From positions 1 to 64,000 of the forward strand of contig QPGO01000110.1 in the NCBI GenBank assembly GCA_008632985.1: a stretch of DNA of 64,000 bases, written 5' to 3'. Below, piece after piece: positions 1 through 12,500 of the stretch. The translations under genes were made by a program, and so were the position numbers. Origin of the DNA: Psammoneis japonica. Taxonomy: Eukaryota. The stretch's first letter is position 1. Each line of letters begins with the position of its first letter. The notes under the pieces are model-generated. The model saw only the letters and a list, made by a program, of their open reading frames with translations. It ran no database searches and was not told the DNA's origin.

Positions 1-2190
1 AAGTGTTGTCAACTGGGTGGGCAACTGAGGGAGATTGTTCAACAATGATTGAAGCACAAGGGCATTTAGAAGGGTGACAAAGGGCTTGCTGTCATTGTTG
101 CCCTTGGCAGCCTCTCTGGGATCAGCATTGCCAACAGACTGTTTGATGGAGCCAAGAAGGAGATGTGTGACTTGGTCACTGTTGGTCCAAGGAGCTGACA
201 AAAGGATGTTGCTGAGATTGGCTTGACCAGAGGCACACTTGTTGCAATTGTTGGCATGGTGCTTCTTCATGCATTCATTGAAACCTTTGCAGACTTGTGG
301 CCATTGGCTCATGCACAAATGATGGTCTTGGTTTGGGATCACAGATGTTTTCCCTGACAACCCCAACAAGAATGTTGTCTGGCATCCACGCAGTTGCAAA
401 GAGCAGTTTCTGGTGCTGTGCTTGTGAGAGCTGGGTTGCTGGGTGATTGACTGGCGGATTTGGCAGCAGGGTTGCTCAAATGAACCATGGCAGCCAAGCT
501 GTGAGTCTTGCTCAGTTTGCCTTTGCTGAAGATGTGGCTGGCTGCCAACAATGAGGACTTCACAAGAAAGGTGGCTTTGAATGCTTCCTGCTTGAACTGC
601 ATCTGATCAGAGTGGCAAAGTGACAGCGACTGCATGTGGGCAGTGCACCCATTGGACTCCATCTTTTTGTGGATCTGGGTGTTGAGATTGTCAACAAATG
701 ATGTGTGATGTAGATCAGATGGCCACAGGGTGTTCAAATGATTCAGAAAAATGGAGATGACAACATTGCACTTGTTGCAGCATTCCTGGATGGCCGCAGA
801 GCTGACAGCAGTGCCATCAGAGAGAGTGGTTTTCTGATGAACCTGGTTCAAAATCTTGCGAGGGTCATTCACAAAATTTGGAGCATTGCACAAAGTGTGT
901 TTTGCAAGATGGGCTGGAAGCCAGACTGGATGATGAACAAATTGATGCACATGCCTTTGGATTCCACAGACAGCATCACTTTGTTTGGACCCACAAAATT
1001 TTGTTTGGATCAGCGAAATTTTGGGAGCTTGCAGGTCAAATGGCTCTGAGATGGCACCCACATCATTGGCACAGACAACATCTTGGAACTGATGCATTCC
1101 TGCCCTGGGTGGGAGCTTGCAGCACTGACACGCAACACAGTTGTTTTTTGTTGTCAACTGCATGTTTTGCACGCACATTTCTGCATGTTCTCTTCTCCAA
1201 AATTGTTTTCCACACGACTCCCTGTTTTGCGAAGCCCAAAAAATTTTTGTTCAGTGCATTTGTGGGAACAGCAACACCCCAAGTGCACTCTTCAATGTCT
1301 AAAGAATGCACTGGACCAAGCAAAAAATGACTTGCTTCAATCATGGATGAGTTTGTGCACTTGCAAAATTGCCTCTTTTTCTGTCTGTGATCATTGGTGT
1401 GTTCATCACCTGGCAGCAATTTTGCTGCGGGGCTCGCACATGGAATTCTGTGGGCCCAACATCACACAGATTCCCACCTGGGTCTGGAATGCATCCATTT
1501 GACAGCAGGCTGTGTGGTGATGTGTGATGCAGTTGCCATCCACAGTGAAGGCACAAAGATCAACAGGGTTGCTGGCTGTGAGAGTGCAGCTGATGGGCTG
1601 AGTGTGGTGTCATCAAGAGAGTGCAGGTTGACAGCACCTTGTGTGACTTGGAACACGTGATGCCATCAGGATGACAGCCAGCCATGCTGCTGTCCTGGAT
1701 GGGTTGAGGATGCCATGGTCATCCAGACAGTTCGCGGGGTGGTGATGGCTCTGGCGGCATCATGGCAGGACACAACAGCAAGATTCACAGGATCTTTGAG
1801 TGCTTGATGGCTGAAACTTTTCCATTTGGTGATTTTAGCTTTGAGGAGGCTTGTCTGATTTGCAAGAACACCCACGGTGGTGAGACGATTGCCGCAAGAC
1901 AGGCCGGGTGCATTGGCAACGGCGCTCTTGTTGTCGACACATTGAGCGCCGGGCAGTGAGCTCTGCATTGCCCACGTCAGCAGTGACATGAGGGCGCACA
2001 CTCATGGCAACATGATTGTGTGGGTGGGGTGATGTGCTTCTTTGGGGCGAAGGTCTTGGACAAGGGGTTGGCAAGACACTCATCAGTGGGCGATGTTTTG
2101 GCTCGTTTGGTGGGGAAAGGTCTGCCGGCCAGCGGTGATGGTCGAAGGCTTGGCATGATGCTGAGGATGTGTTCGTTTTTGAGAGGTCAA
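1..2190. mobile_element. Decayed repeat, probably a retrotransposon remnant (possible gag-like region on the minus strand); TpA/CpG-depleted block 1
   Basis: Only a handful of TpA in ~2.2 kb. The minus-strand ORF 339..1178 (279 aa) has no Tyr and ends in CWGCQGKH followed by an in-frame TGA and then ...IIC, resembling a zinc knuckle. The element identity is tentative. Confidence 0.45.
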
Positions 2191-2623
2191 AGCTCCACTT
2201 TTAAAAAAGTGGCTTTTAAAAAAGTGGAACGGTGTGAAATGGAAAAGCGAGTGATTCTCAGAATTTTGAGCCTCTCCCGTGTTGAGCTGAAAAAGTGGCG
2301 AGTGAAGGGAAAACCGTTGGCGAATGGCGATTTCCCCCAACGGCCAAACGGTTTTTCCGTTGAACCGAGATGGCTCGCGAAAATCCGAATTTCTGGTTAG
2401 GTGTGGGCTCTCATCCTCTCTACGGTAGTAGAGAGGAGGTGTTGTTGTTGTGTTTGTCCTTGCTTTCAAGATGAACGCTATGGAGTTGCCGAGGTACGTT
2501 CCTTGGATGTTATCTCTGTGGATTACTGCAATGCTCTATTAGATCGAGACCGCTTACCGAAAGGATTCACTTTTCCGATTATTAAACTCAAGTGGCGGAA
2601 AATTTTCTGGTTGGGAACATCCT

Positions 2624-4192
2624 GTGAATGTGGGTGGTCCCGTGGAATCCATCTTTCGCCCGTCCAACGGCATCGCTTCCGGTCTGAACTGTCAGGACGC
2701 CGACTTTAAAACCGGCCTGCAGGAAATCCATACGGTTATAGCTACGGCCCAAGCCAACGGCAAACGACTGCGAGCGTACGGTTCCCGATGGACTTTTAGC
2801 AATGTGGGGTACGAGAAGGAATACCAAATAGAATCAAGGGACCTCAACTACTGTAAAATCGGTTTTGATTCTGGATTGATCGACGAGAACTATCATAACC
2901 GTGCAGACCGGCTGGTCTTTGTGCAAGCGGGTGTCATGGTCAAATACCTTGTGAGAGCGTTGGAGTCGGAAGGACTGGCACTCTCAACCACGGGCTTCCA
3001 AGATGGACAGCGCTTGGTTGGTGCCGTGGCGACGGGGACACACGGATCACGCGTGGACTTTGGAAGCATGCAAGAAATGGTCAAGGCCATTCACTTGGTT
3101 CTACCCAATAAACGGCACGTTCTACTCCAGCGCAATTCCGATAAAACCGTTACTGAACGATTTTGCGCAGAGTATTTGGAAGGAGCCGAATTGCTAGATG
3201 ACAATGATGATGCTTTTAACGCTGCTTTGGTTCATCTGGGATCCTTTGGGATTGTCCATGGGCTTTTGATTGAAACGGAACCTCTGTGTAATTTGGAGAA
3301 GCAGGTCAGGCGAATGTCGTACTGCCGTGCTAGCCAAGCCTTTCAAAATCTTGACGTGGCTTCCTTGGGCTTTGAAAATTTCGAACCAGGTGAGATTCCT
3401 TTTGATGTCTTGTTTTGCATCAATCAGAATCACTTGGGATGTTCGCGATCGGTAACCGTTGTAGCCTATCGAAAGCTTCCGCTGAAGGGAAACGCAACAA
3501 CGCGACAAACTACCGCAAAATTGCCATCGTCGCCGCCGTTGAATGAGGCTCCTTTGAGTCCGCGAAGGACCCCTGAATTGCCGTCGTCGCTTTGTAAAAA
3601 GATACGAGAAATCTCGATAAGGAGATTTTTCTTTGGATATGGGGTGGGAGCGTGTCTTCGGTCGTATGTCGGCAAGGAGACGAAGGAACCAGAGTTGCTC
3701 TTGCCTTCGCAAGCGTTTACTGGCAAAGGAACGGACGCTGAACGCTCATCGGATCCCGTGAAAATGATGTGCATGGAACTTGCTTTTTCCATTGATGATT
3801 TAGAAGACGCTTTGGATGTCATTCTGGAGTCCCTGCGTTCCTTTCCCGTTGCAACTGCAGTTTCACTTCGTTACGTTCCACCATCTAAGGCTACGTTGGC
3901 CTTTTCAAGATTCAGTCCTTTGACAGTTACGGCGAACATAACTACCGCCCAGGATCCTCGACTATTTTGTTTGCGGACAAAAGTAGGGCTTGACAACCTT
4001 GTGGATGTCATGGACCAGTCTGGCATTCCTTACACTTTTCACTGGGGCAAGTGGCATCCGGAAAAAGATGTGCTCAAGCGGTACGATGCCCCTTCTGTGG
4101 ATGCGTGGAAGATGCAGAGATCTCTGCTACTGGGACCCGATGGTTGTAAAATGTTTGCCAACGAGTGGTTGCGGTCAGTTGGATTGTACTAG
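2624..4192 (+). CDS. FAD-linked oxidase, L-gulonolactone / D-arabinono-1,4-lactone oxidase family (5' end uncertain)
   Basis: FAD_binding_4-type motifs RAYGSRWTFS, VQAGV, GAVATGTHGS and LGSFGIV, plus the C-terminal HWGK motif. The frame is open back to a possible splice acceptor at ~2542. Confidence 0.85.
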   Translation: MNVGGPVESIFRPSNGIASGLNCQDADFKTGLQEIHTVIATAQANGKRLRAYGSRWTFSNVGYEKEYQIESRDLNYCKIGFDSGLIDENYHNRADRLVFVQAGVMVKYLVRALESEGLALSTTGFQDGQRLVGAVATGTHGSRVDFGSMQEMVKAIHLVLPNKRHVLLQRNSDKTVTERFCAEYLEGAELLDDNDDAFNAALVHLGSFGIVHGLLIETEPLCNLEKQVRRMSYCRASQAFQNLDVASLGFENFEPGEIPFDVLFCINQNHLGCSRSVTVVAYRKLPLKGNATTRQTTAKLPSSPPLNEAPLSPRRTPELPSSLCKKIREISIRRFFFGYGVGACLRSYVGKETKEPELLLPSQAFTGKGTDAERSSDPVKMMCMELAFSIDDLEDALDVILESLRSFPVATAVSLRYVPPSKATLAFSRFSPLTVTANITTAQDPRLFCLRTKVGLDNLVDVMDQSGIPYTFHWGKWHPEKDVLKRYDAPSVDAWKMQRSLLLGPDGCKMFANEWLRSVGLY

Positions 4193-4809
4193 GCTGGTAA
4201 CATTGCGTGCGGGGGAACGTCGAGAATCTCAGACTCGGAGCCGACCGCACGCGAGAATAGAATATGGTGTACTGTTGACTCGAGGAGGGAATAGTGTAAG
4301 AAACAAATAATTATCTCAAAGGATCAGGCTCCACACTACTGTAGGCTTTCAAGGCTGCGGATCACTTGCTTCGTCCCGATACAAAACAGTCGAGTCCAAC
4401 ACAGAAAACCATGAGATGAGATCGTAGATAAATGGAGAGTGACAGGTGCATGCCCTGGACACAGACAACAGGTACAACTCTGTGTTCTTTCGTTTTTCAT
4501 TCTTTGCCATTGAAAGTTAAGTCAGAAGTGACAAGCATCTCCACTGACTGACATCACTCCATGTCTTAGAACTGGTTTTCTTGAAGATGGTTTTGCATTC
4601 ACACATGATTAAAAAAATGAGAGCATCTGCTTGATTCTTTCATCGAGCAAGGCATGGAATCGGCGCGTCTCTTCTTCCATTGCTGACACCAGCACAGGTC
4701 CGGGTGCAATCGCATCTGGAGAGTGGCCCAATGCATCATCACTGGGCCCAACATTGTCAACGAATGCCTCTGCATTGTTCTGAGCTCTACACATGATTGA
4801 TTGACTGAT

Positions 4810-5720
4810 TAAATTTGTGCTTGAGCCATCACATTGTGCAGTTTGTCACGGTGGAATCATCTTCTCCTTGACCATCCATGTCAAGCATGGCACCCAGTTG
4901 TCAATGTGCCATTGCTGCACTTTGGGAGGAATCTGGGGTTGGCTTGTCACATCTGAGATTGTGCCATCCAAATGGATGCCAAGCAGCAGCAGGTTGCAAT
5001 GACATCACAACCAGAATCTCTGTTGGATCAACGGCACTGACGGAAAAGAAAATGGACAGCCTCTCTGTGTCGCTGGGAAACAATGAGAATGAATTCCCTG
5101 TTGACACAATCCACTGGAATCATGATGAGTGCACCCTTGAAAGTGCCAGCAGGGATGGGTCATTGAGACTCTGGGATGCAATGGTTGTTGGTCCATGCAC
5201 ACACAGTTGAGCAGCCAAGGTGTTGCCAACGGGTCGTGTTGTGGGGCTTCAACAAGAATGCCCATGCTGGCATCCACCCTGGCTCATGGGAAAGATGTCA
5301 GACATCAAACAGAGCATTGCAGTCTTGGCAGTTTGCCATCTTTGCTTCCTGATGGGTCCATGGATTTGCACAATGGACAGACCGGCATGACTGAGAGCTG
5401 TTGCCAGCCACGTGCTGCGCCAGCCATGCCAGTCCAAGCATCAGCGGCATTGCTTGGCACCCAGAAGTGATGACAGACTGCTCAGATGTGAGATGTCCAG
5501 TTTGGTCAGTGCACTTGACTTGCCAAAGGGCTTGGCATTGTTGCTGCCATTTTGATCTGGTTTGTGGGGTGGGGTGCACAGGGCTGGAAGAGCTCGGACA
5601 GCAAGGAAACCCTTTGTTTCATTTTGACGAGTCTCATCGCCCAACAACTCTCACACTTTGGGATGCCACCTGAGAAGATTTGGATGTGACCAGGATCACT
5701 TCGTCACCTGACTCTGCCTC
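4810..5720 (+). pseudogene. Degenerate WD40-repeat gene in TpA-depleted block 2
   Basis: Fragments IHWNHDECTLESASRDGSLRLWD, ISGIAWHPE and TLTLWD lie in different frames. No TpA seen between ~4812 and ~5725. Confidence 0.65.
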
Positions 5721-6051
5721 TGGAGTAGAGCGAGAGAGCCTCCGACTTCTGTCGTGGGGCCCTGCTGGCACAGTGCTCTTCAGACCTCCCGTCGACTCGA
5801 CTGCACGAGCTGGCATCCGGCAAAGGACAAAGGGAGCGACACATCCATCACACTGACAGGCAGAATGGATAGACGGTGGATAGAAGGACATTACGTAGAA
5901 ATGCACGTAGGTTGATACCACTCTATCCGCACCGCGCATCGTCATCACACGCAACAAACAACAACAACGCGGCGTCTCGGCATTGGCGTCGCTGCCGCTA
6001 CAACTAACCAAGGAGTGTTTGACAACTTCGCTACTCTACTGCAATCACATC

Positions 6052-8706
6052 ATGGTGGCCTTTAAAAGACGAAAAACTCCTGATCTTCGGCGGCGTCGAC
6101 AAAAGAGTCCGTTTTCAACGTGGAGTTGCGCTCTGCCTTTTTTTCTGTTCTTCATGGTTTTGCTCTATGTGGGAGTCACTGTATGGATGTTCTCGTCTCC
6201 GCCGTCTTCTCCAGAAACAGAAAAGATGGATCACCTAAGAAAGAATCGAGAGCAAGCATCGAAATTACTTGTAAATGAGTCACCAAAGGATGCGGCGAGA
6301 CCGCACTTTAATATCTTTCCTGATGGGCAGCTTGCAGGCAGAAAGAAGGTTTATGACGGTCAAGCAGTAAATCACCGGCATACAGACGAACGAATTGCTG
6401 GTAACCAAAAGGCGCAAATGCAAGACGTTAATATAGAGCCAGATGGTTCACATGAGAAGGTCGAGTCAAAATTAGAAGCTCATCTGAAAGAATTGGAGGC
6501 CAGGCGGAAAGCACCAGTCGGCAACACCGAGGACGTAACGCCTACTACCAAACTTGAAAAGTGGACAGACACCACGCTGCGGATTCTTATGGAACCCATT
6601 CGTCAAGATGATTGGGAAGTGAAGCCTTTACCGGTTCGAACAACGACTGCAGAGGATTTGAAAGTCATGGAGTTTCCTCAGCTCAAATCGTGTGCCAACC
6701 TTATGGAACAGTTTCCAGTCGACCAGTGTCCCAATACGGATCCATTCTTACCGTGGATTCATGACGTCTTTCCGACTCATGATGGAAAGTTTATTCAATT
6801 TGTGGCACAAAACAGACGTCGGTGTCATACTGGAAAAACGACGGAAGAAACCGCGATTCTCAAACACGAACAACCGCAAATTGCTCTCTTTCAAAGTGTG
6901 GCTGTGAAGCGAATCAGCCAACAAGGCAATACAACACGATATCGGCTTTCTTCGCATGAAGAGGCGGATGAGGATGGCATGGATACACGATTTATCTGTC
7001 GGTTCAAACCCACAATGGAAGAGACTCTTTCGATACACAATGTTAATTACGAGTTTGCATCCTATCGTAAAGGAAACGTAGCAACCTTTACGAAGGATGG
7101 TGTCAAGGATATCAAGTCTCTGCATACCTCACAATTGATTTTTAAGTGTCCCGTCCCACCTCATTTGCAAGAGTTGGTAAAGAGTGGAGAATCTGTCGTA
7201 GACGACTTTGCCACGCTCTTTGTGGATATCATTCCAATCAGAACGCCGCCGCGTTATGGCAAACCCAATGCGTTCCTTCCTCCACGATACAAGGAGCACC
7301 GGCAGAAATCTCCTCCAGACTTTGATCCCGATATTGAATGGGGTAAAAATCATGTCTTGCCTCGTATTGAAGATTCGGGACGTTGGGAAAACATTCCCGT
7401 TTGCAAACCTTCTCTCATGGCCTACGAACCAACCGCTCTGAATAACGGCAACACGGTTATTGCCAAAGACGATGACGCTCCACAAAAGAACCATCGTCTT
7501 ATTGCTTGTGTTTGGGCAAGTACGGGGTACACGACTCGTGGAGAACGCTTTGCTATTTCCGATGGAGAACGACGCATGCGTGAGTGGCTTCATTTCAACT
7601 TTTTGGTAGGATTCGACCACGTATATGTCTACGACAATAGTGGTTCAAACCCAAAGAATACCAAGACGCTCCAGAATGTAACAGATGAGTTCCCTCCCGA
7701 AAAGGTGACTCGCGTGGTGTGGCCCAGCAAGGTGTGCAACAATCGCAAAAACAATGTGGACAGTCCGGGAGAGCGTTCCTCGCAATATGCCGCGGAAGCA
7801 TCGTGTCGATTGCGCTTTGGTCCCCATGCAGAATGGCTTGGTGGTTTCGATATCGATGAATATGTTGTGCCTCTGGGTGAAAACAAGAGCTTAAAAGATA
7901 TTCTGGACAAATTAGAGTCGGAAGGAAACAAAATCATTAGCTTTGGTTCATGGCGAGCATGGCCGAGAAAGACGCTAATCGAGTAAGTCCGACAGAGCAG
8001 GTATGTGACCTGATTTCTTGCTGCACTCTCATTATGTTTGCTTTGTGCTCGCAGAGTTCCAGAAATTATCAAAGACTTTAAGACTTGTGGACGAGTAAAG
8101 CCTTGTTTTCATGTACGGGTGCCGCCCAACAACACGATTTTGCAAACTTACAACTGTGATCGCCAACAGGGCCAAAAGACACAAGTAATGCCCGCCGAGA
8201 AACAGGTATGTAACGATATGGAATGAGGCGTGTTTTGTCGACACGTCCGTTGCTAACATTGCCCTTGTTCACCACCTGTTCTTGCTCCCTCAACAAAGTT
8301 GTACCGTCCGGATTATGTCAAACAGCATTTTGTCCATTTTTCAACTATAACAACTTTATCTCAAATGTCAAAGTCGGAAACGTTGGCTGCAGGACTTGGT
8401 CCTTATCGTCAACGCATCGGTCAAGACCCTGCTTGTCGATTCTCTAATGAGATTAACGAAGGCACGATGCTTCACACCAAGGCCATTGCGACACAGGATA
8501 CCGCGGGTTGGCTTGACGCTTGCAAGGTTGGGGACGACAAGGCCACGTGTCGAATAGGGAATCCGTATCCAGAGGGTGCGTATGACGCCGGTATTCACAG
8601 TGATAAGTATGGCTGGAAGTACAATTGCTTTGTCAACCAACGAATCGAGAATTACTGGGTACCGAAACTCGAACAATCAATGATGAATAGCAGCACCGTG
8701 CAGTGA
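6052..8706 (+). CDS. Type II membrane glycosyltransferase family 92 (DUF23)-like protein, 3 exons
   Basis: N-terminal TM segment; motifs MREWLHFNFLVGFDHVYVYDN and WLGGFDIDEY. Predicted introns ~7983-8054 (GTAAGT..CAG) and ~8206-8298 (GTATGT..AAG) join the ORFs. Confidence 0.8.
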
Positions 8707-9599
8707 GCAAACCCTGCCGTCACAACTAAAAGTAAGTAGCTCTTGCTTTTCGTTATAGAGGTCAGAACCATTCAACACGAAGTATCTCATGTAATCAATT
8801 ATTTATCCACCGCAGTGTAAACTAGGACCTTCGTTTCATTGGTGCAAGGTCTCGCTAGAGTCGATTTCGAGCGCAAGCCTGACGATTGGTACATTTTCCA
8901 AGATGTTTTGCTCGCTTATCTGGAACAGGACGCACGTTGGAGCGCGGCTTCACTGTTCCGTTTCTGCTTCATCCACCACTAGAGGTCGCCCACTCGATGG
9001 CGCCAAGTCGCAACGCTGAAGAAAAGGATCCACATGGTGCAAACCAACAGCCTCAACCCTTAGTTGCATATGTCGAAAATCGGAATATTGGCAACGGGCC
9101 TTGATCCTCATCAACAAGTCACTGGACAAGATCCTAGCCCTACGCTTCGAAATCTCTAGAGCAGAGACAACATAGGGGTATACTGCGATTCACTTATAAG
9201 ACGAAATAAGAATTGCTGTGCTCGCGATAAAGGATGGCAAGTGTAAGACCATTTGTCAGAGAATCAGGGAATCAGGATGTTGCAGCAATTTAATGACGGA
9301 CCAACGGTTCGAGATTCATTAGAAAGCGAAGTTTATAAGGGGAACCGTCTACTAGTGGACGACGTAAACAGGCATTTGAAGCTGGCAAACCGGCACATCT
9401 CCGTCGTGCCAAATACCGTGCTGCACAATTCTTGTAATTGCCTGATCGTTGAGCGTGTTGAGATTATGGTTGCTTGTGCAATCATGACAATGCCATTCCC
9501 GGCGCACTCACAACCGTATAGAAGACGCAGCATTACAACGGTCCCAATCTTTCAGTTCGTTGGCATTGTTCGGAGTACCGTGATTTCCGAGAATCGACG

Positions 9600-12500
9600 C
9601 TAGTAGAGTCCCAATGAAAGACCGGTCACAACAATCCAGACTACAGTAAAGCATTCGGGCCCTTTCCCTGCGCCAGTCGAAGATGGCGCGGATCTTGGGT
9701 AGGAGCTTGGCGTGGGGCTCGGCGATGAGCTAGCTTCATAGGTCAGATCAGAGACCGATTTATCATCCGGACTAGAAGCTGGCCCTGCTCCTGGGACTAA
9801 ACTCTCTATCATGGCCGGGCCATTCCTCGGGTGAACGGATGATGCGTCACTACTAGGGGCGGGACTCACCTCAGAGGTCGGACCAACTCCACTCCGGACA
9901 AGTGACGGCTCGGTTGTTGGCTCGGATGTAGGCTCCAAACTTTGCCCTCTGCCCAGAGACACACTGGGGTCCTCTGTCAGACTGCCACTCGAGATGAAGG
10001 GAGTTTGAACAGTTGGCCCTGACCCTGTGAGTGGCCTCCGGCTTGGCTTCGCGCTGGGTTCTTCCTTTCGACCACCAGTGGGGGACTGGGAATGCCTGAA
10101 ACTCGGCTCGAAGGATGGGGCACCGCTCCGGATCGCGGACGGTTCAGCTGCTGGCCCGGTGCTTGGCTCGCTACTTGAAGCCACGCTGGGTGCAAAGGAG
10201 GAGGGTTCAGAACTTTGCGTTAAACTCGGACCCCAGCTAGGTGCTCCGCTGTGCACCTCACTTGGACGACCAGTCGGGAACGGGGACGCTTTGAGACTCG
10301 GCTCAAGGGATGGAGCACCACCCCAAATTGGGGACGGCCCGGAGCTTGGCTTCCAGCTTGAATCCACGCTAGGTACTATGGTCGGACGACCGCTCGGGAT
10401 TGAGGAGGGATCAGAACTTGGCGCTGAACTTGGATTCAAGCTTTGTACCACGCTGGGCATGTCACTTAGACTACTGGTTGGGAAGCTAGACTGCTTGGGA
10501 CTAGGCTCGGAGGACGGAACACCACTCCAGATCGGGGACGGCCCTGAGCTTGGCTTCCCGCTTGAAGCCGCGCTGGGTGACACGGACGGATGGAAGCTTG
10601 GAATCGAGGAGGTATCATGACTTGGCCAAGCGCTTGGCTTCAAGCTGGAGGTCAAGGTGGGCTCGGCGGTCGGACTACCAGATTCTGACAAACTCGGGTT
10701 GGGACTTGGTAAAGAGCTTGGTGCATCACTTGGCAAAATGCTTGGCGTGGCGCTTGGCGCAACGCTGTCGGGTCTCTCGGTTGGAGTGGGAGGATCAGTC
10801 GGACACTCCTGTAGGCAGCGAACGCTTTCCCCAGTGCATCTAGTGAGGCATCCGTCTACGGTGGTCGCTTCACATTCACTACCAAAAGGAAGAACAACAT
10901 CGAGACCACATGACGGTGACAACCCATCGCATTCATCGTCCAAATCACATGGTCCGGAAGCACGGCGACAGATTGTTCCAGCGGATTCAATCTCACAGAA
11001 AGAGGAGCAGCAGTCCCCATCATTGGTATTTCCATCGTCGCAGGTTTCGCCCGGGTCAAGGACTCCATTTCCGCACAGATTGACCGGTGTCCCAGTTGTT
11101 GCAACTGATATGTCATCGAGAGACAGGACCTGACCATCCTCTGAAAAAAGCTGAATTTGAAAACTGTAGGCTGTTCCCGGCGACAAATTGGAAACGATAT
11201 ACTCTGTCGCGAGTAGATTGACTTCTATTGGGACATAGCTCGAAGCAGGTTGAGAGTCAAACTTCTGCAGAATGGTGGAGAACGAGGTTTCGCCGAGTTT
11301 GGCCCAGGTTATTCGAGCACTGGTATCCGTAACATCCGAGACCTCCAATGCAAGATTCCCACCGTCGACCCCGCCTCTGAAGGTCAATTCATAGTCTCCA
11401 GTCGGAGACGCAAAGTCCACAAGATGAATGAATCGTTCGTCCACTGGTCCCGTTTCAACGAATCGTTTCGTTTTTGCAGTTCTCCAGACATTTTGTCCAA
11501 CCGGCAATGATTCACCCGACAAAGATCGTATCGCCGACTGTAAAACATAGGTTTTGGGCAAAGGATCGTCGAAGCGGTAGTAGTACCAGTTTCCATTTGT
11601 TGAACTAACCCCGTCAGGTATATTAGGCAAAGTGAATCGAACAACCAGTCTCCACATACTAGATTCGCCGCGAACTGCCTCGGACACAAGCACTTCGGCG
11701 CCCAACGAAACAAATACTGGCTGCTCCGTACCATCGGCCGAACTCACAATTGTGTCGGGAAGTCTGTCAATGTCCGGAAATTTGTTGATCAAGAAGTCGG
11801 GCAAATCGTCATCTGTCGTGCCCGTGGCAGTTGCTGCCGCTCCGTTAATTTGGACACAGTGAGTAAGCTGGAAGATGTCAACAGATTTTACCAGTGCAAG
11901 GCGGTCGTCGTTGATCGGACCTTTGTATGTAAATGAAGCACTATAGTTTGAAAAGGTGCCTTGAAGCGATGAAGTCAACTCCCATATTCCAACAGCTGTT
12001 GATTGTGCCGGAATTGTACCAAAGTCGATCGCTAACGACGGTGCGGCAGGCTTACCGCCAACCCTCGCAGATATAATCTTGAAATTAATTAGCAAACCTT
12101 TGTCGTTTTCTGTTATCTCCGGTTGGGCAGAAACGATTTTCAAGTTGATTGCGTCTCCAAAGCCCTCATTCTTCACCAGCACAGCTAGCTTGTATGGAAT
12201 GCTGGGCTCCACCTCCAGCGTGAAGGGATCATCTGCAAATATTTCATACTCATGGAAATACACAAGTTCAAGTTGTGGGTCGGGAGACACTGTGATCGTG
12301 TCAGGGAGTAGATTGATCGAGTTTTGCACGGTTTCATTGACATATTCAAACAGGCCGCTCACTTCGTACTCGACTGCTTTGTTGGGGCTGCGTCGCCCAA
12401 TGGTAGGAACAACCAAGTTGCAATCCCTGAAAGCGAAGCACCAAGAGTTCCCGATCCATCTACGCTGGTGATGCCGAGAAGCACTGGATCATCGATTACA

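Noticed and set aside
10027..11133. Plus-strand G/L-rich ORFs
   Set aside because: They are antisense shadows of the PS-rich adhesin tract.
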